Assembly: GCA_963727525.1 (NCBI GenBank)
Contig: CAVSGO010000007.1
Coordinates: 1,568,001-1,632,000 of the forward strand
DNA: 64,000 nt
DNA from: an uncultured bacterium
GTDB taxonomy: Bacteria; Krumholzibacteriota; Krumholzibacteriia; LZORAL124-64-63
Reading direction: 5' to 3'
Shown: positions 36,453-46,314 of the stretch, one piece after another
How positions within the stretch are numbered: position 1 is the first letter of the stretch
Layout: every line of letters begins with the position of its first letter
Notes under the pieces: generated by a model
Seen by the model: only the letters and a program-made list of their open reading frames with translations
The model's database searches: none
What the model was told of the DNA's origin: nothing
Translations under genes and position numbers: made by a program

Positions 36453-37868
36453 CTAGTGACCCGTCACCTTCCAGACGTCCAGCACCACCACGAAGGTCAT
36501 GAACAGAAGCAGGATGATCAGCCCCATCTGGGTCGCGATGGCCTGCACCCGTTCGGCCACGGGTTTGCCCCGCAGGACCTCGAAGACGAGGAACAGCACG
36601 TGACCCCCGTCCAGCACCGGAATCGGCAAGAGATTGAGCAGGAAGAGGTTGACCGAGAAGAAGGCGATGAACTGCATGAGATGCCCGAAGCTCCAGCGTA
36701 GCATCTCGCCCGCCACCTGGCCGATGCGGATGGGACCGCCCACGGCCTCGATCCCCAGCTTGCCGCCGAAGAACTGCGACAGCACCTCGACGGTGGCCCT
36801 GGTGGTGGCCCAGGTCGCTCGGTGGCCGATCTTGATCGCCTCGCCGAATCCGACCTTGCGCTCGGCATAGTAGCGCTCGAAATAGATGCGCCCCACGGTG
36901 GAGTCGGGCAGGATCTCCGCGGCCCGCGGCACGACCTGGCCCTCGTGGCGCTGGCCCTCGTGCTCCCAGACGACGTCGACGGGCTCGTTCTCCTTCTCGT
37001 TGATCACCGATGCGATCTGGTTGTAGGTGCGCACCGGCCGGCCGTCGAGTTCCAGGATGCGATCACCCTTGCGCAGGCCCAGCTCGGCCGCCGGACCGTT
37101 GCGCTGCACGAGTCCGACCAGATTGTCGTGGGGCTCCATACCCACGCTCCAGGAGCCCGTGGCCTGATCGTATCCCGGCGTGAGGGAGAGGTTGAGGGTG
37201 TGGCCGTCGCGCTCCACGGTCAGCGGTACGGCGAGGGGCTGCGAGGTGGCACCGATGTCGTAGCTGGGTTTCACGAGATCCTGCACCAGGTCATCCCAGG
37301 TGTCGACGCCGCGGCCGTCCACGCGCAGGATCTTATCGCCCGACGCGAGGCCTGCCGTCGCCGCCGGACCGCTCGCCGCCACGGATCCGATCTCGGTGAT
37401 CGGTACGACCTGCAGGCCCTCCTGGTAGACGATGCCCGTGTAGATGACGTACGCGAGCAGCAGATTGAAGAGCGGACCCGCCACGAACACGAGGAACCGC
37501 TGCCACGCCGGCTTGCTCACGAAATGGCGCTCCAGGGGGATGTCCTGGTCGAGACCCGCCGCCTCGCGATTGCCCGCCTCGGTTCCCAGCGGGTACTTGC
37601 GCTGGTCGAGGGTGCCGGCGTCCTGGATCTCCTCCATGAGCCCCTCGCCGGCCATCTTCACGTAGCCGCCGAACGGGATGAGGGAGATGGTGTACTCCGT
37701 CTCACCCCAGCGCTTGCGCACGACCTTGGGGCCCATGCCCACCGAGAAGGTCTTCACGTACACGCCGAAGACCTTGCACATCAGGAAGTGCCCCAGCTCG
37801 TGGACGATGACCACGAGGCCCAGGGTGAACACGAAGGCGAAGATGGTGATGGCGAAATTGCTCGTCAC
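36453..37868 (-). CDS. rseP: RIP metalloprotease RseP with two PDZ domains
   Basis: HELGH, IPFGGYVKM, AGPLFN, NLLPIPVLDGG. Confidence 0.93.
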   Translation of the reverse strand: MTSNFAITIFAFVFTLGLVVIVHELGHFLMCKVFGVYVKTFSVGMGPKVVRKRWGETEYTISLIPFGGYVKMAGEGLMEEIQDAGTLDQRKYPLGTEAGNREAAGLDQDIPLERHFVSKPAWQRFLVFVAGPLFNLLLAYVIYTGIVYQEGLQVVPITEIGSVAASGPAATAGLASGDKILRVDGRGVDTWDDLVQDLVKPSYDIGATSQPLAVPLTVERDGHTLNLSLTPGYDQATGSWSVGMEPHDNLVGLVQRNGPAAELGLRKGDRILELDGRPVRTYNQIASVINEKENEPVDVVWEHEGQRHEGQVVPRAAEILPDSTVGRIYFERYYAERKVGFGEAIKIGHRATWATTRATVEVLSQFFGGKLGIEAVGGPIRIGQVAGEMLRWSFGHLMQFIAFFSVNLFLLNLLPIPVLDGGHVLFLVFEVLRGKPVAERVQAIATQMGLIILLLFMTFVVVLDVWKVTGH

Positions 37869-37869
37869 G

Positions 37870-39129
37870 TCAAACCTCGGTCAGCAGTTGCGAGGCGGTC
37901 CGGCGCGCGTCGTCATCGACCGCGAGCACAGCCTCCAGGTCCGCCGGCGTCGGCGGGGCGAGTTTATCGAGGCAGCCGGCAATGATGGCCGCCAGGTCAA
38001 TATAACGCAGTTTCCTCGCCAGCACGGCGGCCACGGCCACTTCGTTGGCCGCGTTCAGCACGATGGGCGCGGCGCCGCCGGCCACACCGGCCTCGCGCGC
38101 GAGGCGCAGACAGGGGAAGCGTTCGAGGTCGGGCGCCTCGAAACGCAGCGCACCGATGGCCAGCAGATCCAGACGCGGCCCCGGCAGCGGCCAGCGCCGC
38201 TCGCCGGTGATGGCATACAGCAGGGGTAGTCGCATGTCGGGAAGCCCGAGCTGAGCGAGTACCGAGCCATCGACGAACTCCACCAGCGAGTGCACCCACG
38301 AACCGGGATGCACGACCACCGCGATATCGGCGTACGGCAGGCCGTAAAGGTGGTGCGCCTCGATCACCTCGAGACCCTTGTTCATGAGCGTGGCGGAGTC
38401 GACGGTGATCTTCGGACCCATGGACCACGTCGGGTGCCGCAGCACCTCGTCGAGGGTGACAGTGGCCAGCTTCGCGGCCGGCGTCTCGCGGAAGGGACCG
38501 CCCGAGGCGGTGAGCACGAGGCGTGCCAGGTCGGCGCGTTGCCGGCCCGCAAGCGCCTGTGCGATCGCCGAATGCTCCGAGTCCACGGGCAGCAGTTCGG
38601 CTCCGCCATCGCACACCGCCGCGCGGACCAGATCGCCGCCCATCACGAGCGACTCCTTGTTGGCCAGGGCGATGCGCAGCCCGCGCCGCGCTGCGGCCAG
38701 CGTGGGCTCCAGCCCGGCCGCGCCCACCAGGCCGTTCACGACGACGTCGGCAGGAGCTTCGTCCACCAGCGCGCTCACGATGCGCGCAACGGACGGCAGC
38801 AACCGGTCGCCGAACACGCCCGCCGTCGCGGCGGCGGCGTGGGCGTCCGGGTCGGCCACAGCCACCAGCGGTGTCCGGCTCGAGGCCGGCAGCGTGGCGA
38901 GGGCCGCCGCCAGTTCCTGCCAGCGACGCTGCACCGACACGGCCGTCACCTCGAGACGTCCGGGGAAACGCGCCACCAGGTCCAGCGTCTGCGTACCGAT
39001 GCTGCCGGTGGCGCCCAGCACGGCCAGCCGCAGAGGCTCGTCGAGTGTCTGCCGAGGCCCATCCCACGGGTAGACGCCGGCATGCCGCGCGGACGCGGCG
39101 TCGGGCTGATGTACACGGTCGGACGTCAT
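37870..39129 (-). CDS. dxr: 1-deoxy-D-xylulose 5-phosphate reductoisomerase
   Basis: LGATGSIG, LANKESLV, PVDSEH, TASGGPF, HPTWSMGPKITVDSAT, NAANEVAV. Confidence 0.95.
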   Translation of the reverse strand: MTSDRVHQPDAASARHAGVYPWDGPRQTLDEPLRLAVLGATGSIGTQTLDLVARFPGRLEVTAVSVQRRWQELAAALATLPASSRTPLVAVADPDAHAAAATAGVFGDRLLPSVARIVSALVDEAPADVVVNGLVGAAGLEPTLAAARRGLRIALANKESLVMGGDLVRAAVCDGGAELLPVDSEHSAIAQALAGRQRADLARLVLTASGGPFRETPAAKLATVTLDEVLRHPTWSMGPKITVDSATLMNKGLEVIEAHHLYGLPYADIAVVVHPGSWVHSLVEFVDGSVLAQLGLPDMRLPLLYAITGERRWPLPGPRLDLLAIGALRFEAPDLERFPCLRLAREAGVAGGAAPIVLNAANEVAVAAVLARKLRYIDLAAIIAGCLDKLAPPTPADLEAVLAVDDDARRTASQLLTEV

Positions 39130-39136
39130 CGTCGCC

Positions 39137-40009
39137 TCACATCACGAAGTAACGGCAGTAGTAATATACGAGCGGGGCGGCGAAGAGCAGCGAGTCCATG
39201 CGATCGAGCACGCCGCCGTGGCCGGGCAGCAGCCGCGCCGAATCCTTGGTGCCCGCGTCGCGCTTGAACATCGATTCCACCAGATCGCCGAGCTGGGCGA
39301 CGAATGCCGTCACCACGCCGAGCACCGCGCCGGCGAACGTGGTCATGAACGGCAGGAAGCCGGCCGCGCACAGGTATCCCACCACAGCTCCGCCAACGAG
39401 GCCGCCGGCGGCTCCCTCCATCGTCTTGCCCGGACTCACGCGGGGCAACAGCTTGTGCCGTCCCATTGCGATGCCCACCAGGAACGCCGCGGTGTCGCAG
39501 CTCCACACGACGAGCGCCAGGTAGAAGACCAGGCGCGCCCCCAGCGCCGGATCGGCGCCGAGATTCGCCGGCAGTTCGCGCAGCATCACGAGATGGCTGC
39601 CCAGCCAGCCCACGTACATCACGCCGAGCACCGTCACGGCGCTGTTGGTGAGCGCCCGGTGTACGTCGGGTCGCAGCAGTTCGCGCACCATCACCGCCAG
39701 CAGGAAGAGGGTGACGATGAGCGTCACCGCCGGACCGCCGCGGAACACGTGCAGGCTCACGGCCACCCCGCCGCCCGCCCCCAGCCAGCGCGATGGCTGG
39801 TATCCCTTGGCCGCCATCAGGTCGTAGAACTCGTTCAGTCCCAGCAGGATGATGAGATCGACGAGGAGCAGGAAAAAGAGGCCGCCGCGGTCGGTGATCA
39901 CGTAGAGGCAGGGAACGCCAAAGACGATGACGACGAGCCGGGGTCCGATCCCCGCACGCCGTAGACGCCACCACCAGTTCTCCCGCACGGCGCCGGTGGC
40001 GCCGCTCAC
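39137..40009 (-). CDS. cdsA: Phosphatidate cytidylyltransferase
   Basis: SPGKTMEG, GDLVESMFKRDAGTKDS, PGHGGVLDRMDS. Confidence 0.93.
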   Translation of the reverse strand: MSGATGAVRENWWWRLRRAGIGPRLVVIVFGVPCLYVITDRGGLFFLLLVDLIILLGLNEFYDLMAAKGYQPSRWLGAGGGVAVSLHVFRGGPAVTLIVTLFLLAVMVRELLRPDVHRALTNSAVTVLGVMYVGWLGSHLVMLRELPANLGADPALGARLVFYLALVVWSCDTAAFLVGIAMGRHKLLPRVSPGKTMEGAAGGLVGGAVVGYLCAAGFLPFMTTFAGAVLGVVTAFVAQLGDLVESMFKRDAGTKDSARLLPGHGGVLDRMDSLLFAAPLVYYYCRYFVM

Positions 40010-40869
40010 GAGCGCACCCTCAGCAGCTTCTTCCAGCGCTCGACGCTCCACGGACTCGCGTCGTCCCTGCGGTCACTCGCCGGCGACGCCGACGGGAGTC
40101 CACCGAAGCGCCGCTCACGGTTGCCGTAGTCGTCGACGGCGAGCAGGAGCTGCCGCTCGCGGAAATCAGGCCACAGGACCGGCGTGATGAACAGCTCGGC
40201 GTAGGCGGCCTGCCAGATGAGAAAGTTGCTGAGGCGGCACTCGCCGCTGGTGCGGATGATCAGGTCGGGATCCGGCAGATCCGGGTGGTAGAAGCCGGCG
40301 AGCAGTGCCGACTCGTCGACGTCGTCGGGCGCCAACTCGCCCCGCTGCACCCGCGCGGCGACCTGGCGAACGGCCCGCATGATCTCCTGGCGGCCGCCGT
40401 AGGCCAGGGCCAGGTTGAGCTTAAGACCGGTGCCCTCGCTCAGGTACGCGAGCGATTCCTTCAACGCGCGCCGCGGCTGCGGGGGCAGCAGTTCGATGTC
40501 GCCACTCACGAGCAGGCGCACGCCGTTGCGTCGCAGCTCCTCGCGCTCCACGTGCAGGGCTTCCTCGAGAAAGCTCCACAGTGCACGCACCTCGGTCTCC
40601 GGGCGATTGAAATTCTCGCGGCTGAAGGTGTAGAGGGTGAGCACCTCGATGCCCAGTCGGCGGCAGCCCTGCACCACGGCCCGCACGGCATGGCGACCGG
40701 CACGGTGCCCGGCCGCGCGAGGCAGAAATCGCCGCCGCGCCCAGCGCCCGTTGCCATCCATGATGATGGCTACATGACGCGGCAGACCTCCCCGGGCGAC
40801 GAGCTGTGCGGCAAGCTGATCGTCGTCGAACTCCGGATAGGGATCCGGCGGCAGGGTGTCGACGAACAT
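40006..40869 (-). CDS. uppS: Undecaprenyl diphosphate synthase
   Basis: HVAIIMDGNGRWA, FSRENFNRP, DLIIRTSGECRLSNF, RRFGG. Confidence 0.95.
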   Translation of the reverse strand: MFVDTLPPDPYPEFDDDQLAAQLVARGGLPRHVAIIMDGNGRWARRRFLPRAAGHRAGRHAVRAVVQGCRRLGIEVLTLYTFSRENFNRPETEVRALWSFLEEALHVEREELRRNGVRLLVSGDIELLPPQPRRALKESLAYLSEGTGLKLNLALAYGGRQEIMRAVRQVAARVQRGELAPDDVDESALLAGFYHPDLPDPDLIIRTSGECRLSNFLIWQAAYAELFITPVLWPDFRERQLLLAVDDYGNRERRFGGLPSASPASDRRDDASPWSVERWKKLLRVRS

Positions 40870-40874
40870 CGGTC

Positions 40875-41432
40875 TCAGATCTCCATGATCTCCGCTTCCT
40901 TCGCCTTCACGACCTCGTCGATATCAGCGCAGTAGCGGTCGGTCAGCTTCTGGATCTCGTCGCGGTCGGCGTGCAGCTCGTCCTCGCTGATGTCGCCGTC
41001 CTTCTGCTCCTTCTTCAGCGCGTCGTTGGCTTCCTGACGCGCGCGGCGCACCGCGACCTTGCCCTCCTCGCCGATCTCCTTGGCCAACTTCGAGAACTCG
41101 CGCCTTCGTTCGCCCGTGAGTTCGGGAATCTGGATCCGGATCATCATGCCGTCGTTCGAAGGGTTCAGACCGAGATTGCTGGCCTGGATCGCCTTCTCGA
41201 TGGCACTGATCGTGGCGCGGTCGAAGGGCTTCACAGCGAGCTGGCGCGGCTCCGGCGCGGCGATGGTGGCAAGCTGCTTGAGGGGTGTCGCAGCTCCGTA
41301 GTACTCCACGACCAGCCCGTCGAGGATCGCGGGCGAGGCCTTGCCCGTGCGCAGCTTGCCGAGGCGCCGTTTCACGGCGTCGTGGGCGGCGTCCATCGCG
41401 AGTTCGGCGTTCTCATTCACATCCTTGCTCAT
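40875..41432 (-). CDS. frr: Ribosome recycling factor
   Basis: LRTGKASP, LGLNPSNDG, PELTGERR, ISEDE. Confidence 0.95.
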   Translation of the reverse strand: MSKDVNENAELAMDAAHDAVKRRLGKLRTGKASPAILDGLVVEYYGAATPLKQLATIAAPEPRQLAVKPFDRATISAIEKAIQASNLGLNPSNDGMMIRIQIPELTGERRREFSKLAKEIGEEGKVAVRRARQEANDALKKEQKDGDISEDELHADRDEIQKLTDRYCADIDEVVKAKEAEIMEI

Positions 41433-42154
41433 GGCCGTGGCTCCTTTGTGATCCAGGTCCCCACCGATTCCCCGGCCAGCAGGCGCCGCAGGTTCCGGGG
41501 ATCGCTGATGTCGAAGACCACCAGTGGCAGGTCGCCCTCGGAGCAGAGGGTGACCGCGGTCAGGTCCAGTACGCGCAGCTTGCGGGCCAGCATCTCATCG
41601 TACGTGAGCCGGTCGAAGCGCCGTGCATCAGGATAAGTCCGGGGGTCCTTGTCGTAAACCCCATCCACCTGGGTACCCTTGAGCAGGACGTCGGCGCTGA
41701 TCTCCAGGGCACGCAGCGCCGCCGCCGTATCGGTGGTGAAGTACGGACTGCCGGTGCCGCCGGCGAAGATGAGAACATGGCCGGTCTTGAGCAGTTCCAC
41801 GGCCCGGTCGCGCGAGAATGCCTCGGCCAGGGGCGATTGCGTGCGAGGCGTGAAGATGCAACTCTTCTGGCCCTCGGCCCGCAGGTAGTCGCGCATGACG
41901 GCGGCGTTCATGATCGTGGCGAGCATGCCCACGTGGTCGGCCGTCACTCGCGCCACTACCTCGAGATTTGCCGAACGGCCACGAAACAGGTTGCCGGCAC
42001 CGATGACCAGCCCCACCTGGATCCCGTCCTGGACGACCTGCGTGATGGCCTGGGCGAGCGCACTGAGCTTGGCATGGGCGAAGGCGTCTTCGGCGGAGCC
42101 CAGAGCCTCGCCGCTGACCTTCAGCAGGATGCGATTCGTGCGCAGCGGGGCCAT
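41429..42154 (-). CDS. pyrH: UMP kinase
   Basis: LLKVSGEAL, GAGNLFRG, DHVGMLATIMNA, PYFTTDTAAALRA. Confidence 0.95.
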   Translation of the reverse strand: MAPLRTNRILLKVSGEALGSAEDAFAHAKLSALAQAITQVVQDGIQVGLVIGAGNLFRGRSANLEVVARVTADHVGMLATIMNAAVMRDYLRAEGQKSCIFTPRTQSPLAEAFSRDRAVELLKTGHVLIFAGGTGSPYFTTDTAAALRALEISADVLLKGTQVDGVYDKDPRTYPDARRFDRLTYDEMLARKLRVLDLTAVTLCSEGDLPLVVFDISDPRNLRRLLAGESVGTWITKEPRP

Positions 42155-42194
42155 GGGGTTCCTTCCCTGACGGTGCCGACATGGCCGGCAGATA

Positions 42195-42224
42195 GAAAAA
42201 GAGCCCGGGCACCGGCCCGGGCTC
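42195..42224 (-). terminator. Intrinsic terminator after tsf
   Basis: Minus strand reads GAGCCCGGGC-CGGT-GCCCGGGCTC-TTTTTC. Confidence 0.8.
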
Positions 42225-42232
42225 CCTGGCGC

Positions 42233-42826
42233 CTAGGCGCCGATCGCGAAGCGGGCGAACCGCTTGACCTGGATGTTCTCGCCGAGCTTTCCGATGACCG
42301 AATTGACGTAGTCCTGGACGGTGATGTCCGGATCCTTCACGTACTTCTGCTCGACCAGGCAGATCTCCGCATAGAACTTGGCGACCTTGCCCTCGACGAT
42401 CTTCTCGATCATGGCCTCGGGCTTTCCCTGCTCTCGCATCTGCGCGGCGTAGATCTCCTTCTCCTTCTCCAGGAGGCTGGGATCCACCTCTTCGCGCGTC
42501 ACGGCCACGGGGCTCGCCGCGGCGACATGCATGGCGATGTTGTGGACCATCTCCTGGAAATCGTCGGTGCGCGCGACGAAGTCGGTCTCGCACGCCACTT
42601 CCAGGAGCACGCCCACCTTGCCACCCATGTGGATGTAGGAGCCGACGATACCCTGGCTGGTGGCACGATCGGCCTTCTTGGCGGCCGAGGCAATGCCCTT
42701 CTTGCGCAGGTAGTCCTTCGCCTGCTCCATGTCGCCGTCGCACTCGGCCAGAGCCTTCTTGCAATCCATCATGCCGGCGTTCGTGGCCTCGCGCAGTTCC
42801 TTGACCATCTTGGCGGTGATTTCCAT
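42233..42826 (-). CDS. tsf: Elongation factor Ts (short 197-aa form)
   Basis: VKELREATNAGMMDCKKAL, CETDFVA, KLGENIQVKRFARF. Confidence 0.95.
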   Translation of the reverse strand: MEITAKMVKELREATNAGMMDCKKALAECDGDMEQAKDYLRKKGIASAAKKADRATSQGIVGSYIHMGGKVGVLLEVACETDFVARTDDFQEMVHNIAMHVAAASPVAVTREEVDPSLLEKEKEIYAAQMREQGKPEAMIEKIVEGKVAKFYAEICLVEQKYVKDPDITVQDYVNSVIGKLGENIQVKRFARFAIGA

Positions 42827-42864
42827 GAGCCTTGTCTCCCTGTATGGTTGTCGCGCGGCCGTGA

Positions 42865-43695
42865 TCAGGCCTTGGACTCGCCGCTCGTGTCGTCCTTGTC
42901 GGCAGCGACGGGTGCGTCCACGCGGCTGTCGTCACCCTCGAGAGCGACGCTGGCGCGCCGGCGTTCCGGGGCCGCCGGCGCCATGCCCACCGCCGCGTCC
43001 TTGCCCTCGGTACGCACCTGTTTGCCCTCATCGATGGAATCGGCGATGGTGCGCGCGAAGAGGTTGATCGAGCGGATCGCGTCGTCGTTGCCCGGGATGG
43101 GGAACTGGATCGACGTCGGGTCGGCATTGGTGTCGACGATGCCGATGACCGGAATGTTCAGCTTGTTGGCCTCGCGGACGGCCGTCAGCTCCTCGTCGGT
43201 CCCGACGATGAACACCGCATCCGGCCGGCCCTTCATGTTCCGGATACCGCCGAGGTTCTTCTGCAGCTTCTCGTAGTGCCGACCCGCCTCGAGCTGCTCC
43301 TTCTTGGACAGCTTCTCGAGTCGCCCATCGGTCATCATGGCCTCGTGTTCCTCGAGCTTCTGGACGCTCTTGTGGATCGTCTGGAAGTTCGTGAGCATGC
43401 CGCCAAGCCAGCGCTCGGTGACGTAGGGCATTTCGCAGCGCTGCGCGAAATCGCGCACCGCCACCTTGGCCTGCTTCTTCGTGCCGACGAAGAGCACCGT
43501 GCCACCCTTGGACGTCACGCCCTTCACGAACTCGCTCGCGTCGTTGAGGAGCTTGAGAGTCTTCTGAAGGTCGATGATGTAGATGCCGCCGCGCGCGATG
43601 AAGATGTACGGCTTCATCTTGGGATTCCACTTGCGGGTCTGATGTCCGAAATGGACGCCCGCCTCGAGCAGATCCCTCAGTCCCACCTTGGCCAT
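42865..43695 (-). CDS. rpsB: 30S ribosomal protein S2
   Basis: LLEAGVHFGHQTRKWNPKM, RWLGGMLTNF, PGNDDAIRS. Confidence 0.97.
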   Translation of the reverse strand: MAKVGLRDLLEAGVHFGHQTRKWNPKMKPYIFIARGGIYIIDLQKTLKLLNDASEFVKGVTSKGGTVLFVGTKKQAKVAVRDFAQRCEMPYVTERWLGGMLTNFQTIHKSVQKLEEHEAMMTDGRLEKLSKKEQLEAGRHYEKLQKNLGGIRNMKGRPDAVFIVGTDEELTAVREANKLNIPVIGIVDTNADPTSIQFPIPGNDDAIRSINLFARTIADSIDEGKQVRTEGKDAAVGMAPAAPERRRASVALEGDDSRVDAPVAADKDDTSGESKA

Positions 43696-43714
43696 GATTG
43701 CCTCCACTGCCATC

Positions 43715-43812
43715 GGGTTATGCCTCCCCGACCCTCAGCAGCGCGGAACGAACGCCAGGCGGTACGGATATCGTCTGGCGCCACCGGTTCCGGCCTCCGG
43801 TCGGGTGCGTGA
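43715..43812 (-). ncRNA. rpsB 5' leader (t44/S2-leader-like cis element)
   Basis: Minus strand CACGCACCCGAC...GTCGGGGAGGCATAACCC. The ends resemble the E. coli rpsB leader as I recall it (CACAC...GGAGGCATAACCC), and CCCGAC/GTCGGG can pair. Confidence 0.65.
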
Positions 43813-43859
43813 TGGAGGCCGCGGCAGTATGCCGCGGCCCCTGTATCGTCCAGCGCCGT

Positions 43860-44246
43860 CTAGCGCTTGGAGAACTGGAAACGCTTGCGCGCGCCGGGCT
43901 GGCCGTACTTCTTGCGCTCGACCATACGCGAGTCACGCGTCAGGAAACCGCCCTTGCGCAGCGGCTTGCGATATTCCTCGTTGGCGACCACCAGGGCGCG
44001 CGCCAGACCGTGACGCATCGCGCCGGCCTGGCCCGAGATGCCGCCCCCGCGCACCGTGCACCAGATGTCGAAATCGCCGTCGATGCTCAGCGACTTCAGC
44101 GGTTGCATCGCGTGCATGCGCAGCATCGCGTTGAAGTAGTTCTCGACCGGCCGCTTGTTGACCGTGATCTTGCCGGACCCCTGGGTCATCCACACGCGGG
44201 CGACGGCGGTCTTGCGACGTCCGGTCGCGTAATACCTCTCCTCCAA
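43860..44246 (-). CDS. rpsI: 30S ribosomal protein S9
   Basis: [36 protein letters not shown] start with GGAGG. Confidence 0.97.
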   Translation of the reverse strand: MEERYYATGRRKTAVARVWMTQGSGKITVNKRPVENYFNAMLRMHAMQPLKSLSIDGDFDIWCTVRGGGISGQAGAMRHGLARALVVANEEYRKPLRKGGFLTRDSRMVERKKYGQPGARKRFQFSKR

Positions 44247-44322
44247 CTCCTACCTCCGGTTGCCCGCGGCTGCGGGTCTCAGCGCCCGTGCGCCAGTGCT
44301 GATGGGTCGAACGGCTCCTGCT

Positions 44323-44757
44323 CTAGCTCTCCAGAGCGATGGTCTGCGGCTGCTGAGCCTGGTGCGGATGCTCCGTACCGGCATAGACGCGCAGATGCGT
44401 GAGCTGGCGACGGCCGAGCTTGGTCTTCGGCATCATGCCCTTGACCGCCATCTCGATGACGCGCTCGGGGTTCTTCGCCATGAGAGTCTTCAGCGGGGTC
44501 GCCTTCTGACCACCGATCCAGCCGGTGTGGCGAAGGTAGACCTTGGTCTCCACCTTGGTGCCGGTGAGCTTCACATTCGCCGCATTGATGATGATGACGT
44601 TGTCGCCCATGTCGAGGTGCGGCGTGAACGTGGGCTTGTGCTTGCCCCGCAGGAAGGTCGCCACGCGCGTCGCCAGGCGGCCCAGCGGCACGCCCGCCGC
44701 ATCGAACACCACCCAGTCCTTGGCGATCTCGTCCAGTTTCATGCTGTACGTTGTCAC
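44323..44757 (-). CDS. rplM: 50S ribosomal protein L13
   Basis: [39 protein letters not shown]. Confidence 0.97.
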   Translation of the reverse strand: MTTYSMKLDEIAKDWVVFDAAGVPLGRLATRVATFLRGKHKPTFTPHLDMGDNVIIINAANVKLTGTKVETKVYLRHTGWIGGQKATPLKTLMAKNPERVIEMAVKGMMPKTKLGRRQLTHLRVYAGTEHPHQAQQPQTIALES

Positions 44758-44957
44758 GACTCGGCCTTTCGGAACGGGCTAGCTCGTCTGACCAGCTTCG
44801 CGAGCCCACGGCAAGCACACCGGCGGCGCGGGCGGTACGCACCGTTGCGCCCGCCTGCACCCAGCGGCGATTCTGGGATCGTGTAATTCTCTGTCCGGCA
44901 TACGATTAGGCCGCGCGCGCGCCCCAAGCCAGGCCGGAACTTGAATCCGGACCGCGG

Positions 44958-44986
44958 AATTTAGCAGTTTTGACCGTCTCTGTCAA
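44958..44986 (-). promoter_or_regulatory. Strong sigma70 promoter of the rplM operon
   Basis: TTGACA-N17-TAAATT with an extended -10 TG. Confidence 0.8.
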
Positions 44987-45073
44987 GGTGAGGAGGCGGG
45001 ATCGCACAGAACGCCCCCCACGTTCCCTCGCGGGGGCGCCCCTCGCCCACGCCATCGGAGCGGCGCCGGGGAG

Positions 45074-46255
45074 TCAGCGGAAGAGGGACTTGACGTCGCC
45101 GAAGTTCATCGATTCCGCCGGCGACGATTCGCCGATATAGGGCTTGAAGAACACGAAGCCATGGATATCGGCGTGGTCTGCGTCGTTGCCGTCGACGATC
45201 CAGGCGGAGATCGAGTCGGCGCTGGCCACACCCCAGTAGTTGTTGGCGAGGTTCACGTACCTGTCGGGAGGGTTGGCGAATCCCTCCAGGCGGACGGCCA
45301 GCCCGTCGCCCTTCAGGATATCGTTCGTCTTCAGACTCGGCGTGCAGTCGTTTACCCGGATCGCCTCATCCCGCGAGCCCTCGAACGTGTTGCGCAGGCA
45401 GGCCACGTCGCTCGCTTCCGAACCGAAGTGAATGTTGTAGCCGCCACCATCGATCTCGTTGTCGACGATGGCGAGGGATTGCGAGCCGTAGAACGACAGG
45501 CCGTTGCTGCTGTTGGTCACCTCGTGCAGGTTGAAGGTGCAGCCCGCGACCGTTCCGCCGCTGTGATCGAAGATGCCGGCGTTGCGGCAGTTCTGGACCG
45601 TGCAGTCGGTTAACGTCGCCGAGGCCACGATTTGCATGTTGACCACGGTCGACACCGCGGTGAAGTCGCAGCGTTCCACGACCATCGGCGACGACTCGCT
45701 GAACGCGTAGACGCCTGTGCTGGAGATGTCGCGGAAATCGGTACCGGTCAGGCGGCCGGACGCGCGGGCATACACGCCGTACCGGAGTTGCTGGAAGCGG
45801 CAGTCGTCGCCGCGGAAATCGCCGCCGTAGGCCACGAGGCCATGCACGGTCGCCGCGCACGTGAGGGACCCGATGGCGATCGTATCCGTGGTGCGGTCGG
45901 GATCGATGAAGAAACCCGCAACGCGGTCATCGGGATTCCACGTATAGGGGTCGTCGGGACCGATGTACGTGGCGTCGCGGCCGGCGCCGACGATGGTCAA
46001 CGGGCCCTTGGCGACGTCGACATAGACCTGCCAGTCGTTGCCGGCGTGGGTATGGGTCGCGTATTCGCCGAATTGTCCGGGCCCGATCCGGATCGTATCG
46101 CCGGGCGCCGCAGCCGCGACCGCGTCCTGGATGATGCTGAAATCGCCGCCAGCATCTGTCTCGACATGCCACGTCCGCGCGCTCGCGTCCGGTGCCAGTG
46201 CGATGGCGAGGCTCACGAGAGCGATCAGGGCGGCAGGAGCGAAATGGCGTACCAT
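45074..46255 (-). CDS. Secreted right-handed beta-helix protein with C-terminal FGDVKSLFR tail
   Basis: Signal peptide ...ASA|RTWHV; IQDAVAAAAPGDTIRIGPG; parallel beta-helix repeats; NNYWG. Confidence 0.8.
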   Translation of the reverse strand: MVRHFAPAALIALVSLAIALAPDASARTWHVETDAGGDFSIIQDAVAAAAPGDTIRIGPGQFGEYATHTHAGNDWQVYVDVAKGPLTIVGAGRDATYIGPDDPYTWNPDDRVAGFFIDPDRTTDTIAIGSLTCAATVHGLVAYGGDFRGDDCRFQQLRYGVYARASGRLTGTDFRDISSTGVYAFSESSPMVVERCDFTAVSTVVNMQIVASATLTDCTVQNCRNAGIFDHSGGTVAGCTFNLHEVTNSSNGLSFYGSQSLAIVDNEIDGGGYNIHFGSEASDVACLRNTFEGSRDEAIRVNDCTPSLKTNDILKGDGLAVRLEGFANPPDRYVNLANNYWGVASADSISAWIVDGNDADHADIHGFVFFKPYIGESSPAESMNFGDVKSLFR

Positions 46256-46314
46256 CGTCCCTCCTCGAGGTGTATGGCGACAGACGCCCCCGCGGCTGCC
46301 ACCGACGCGCCATT

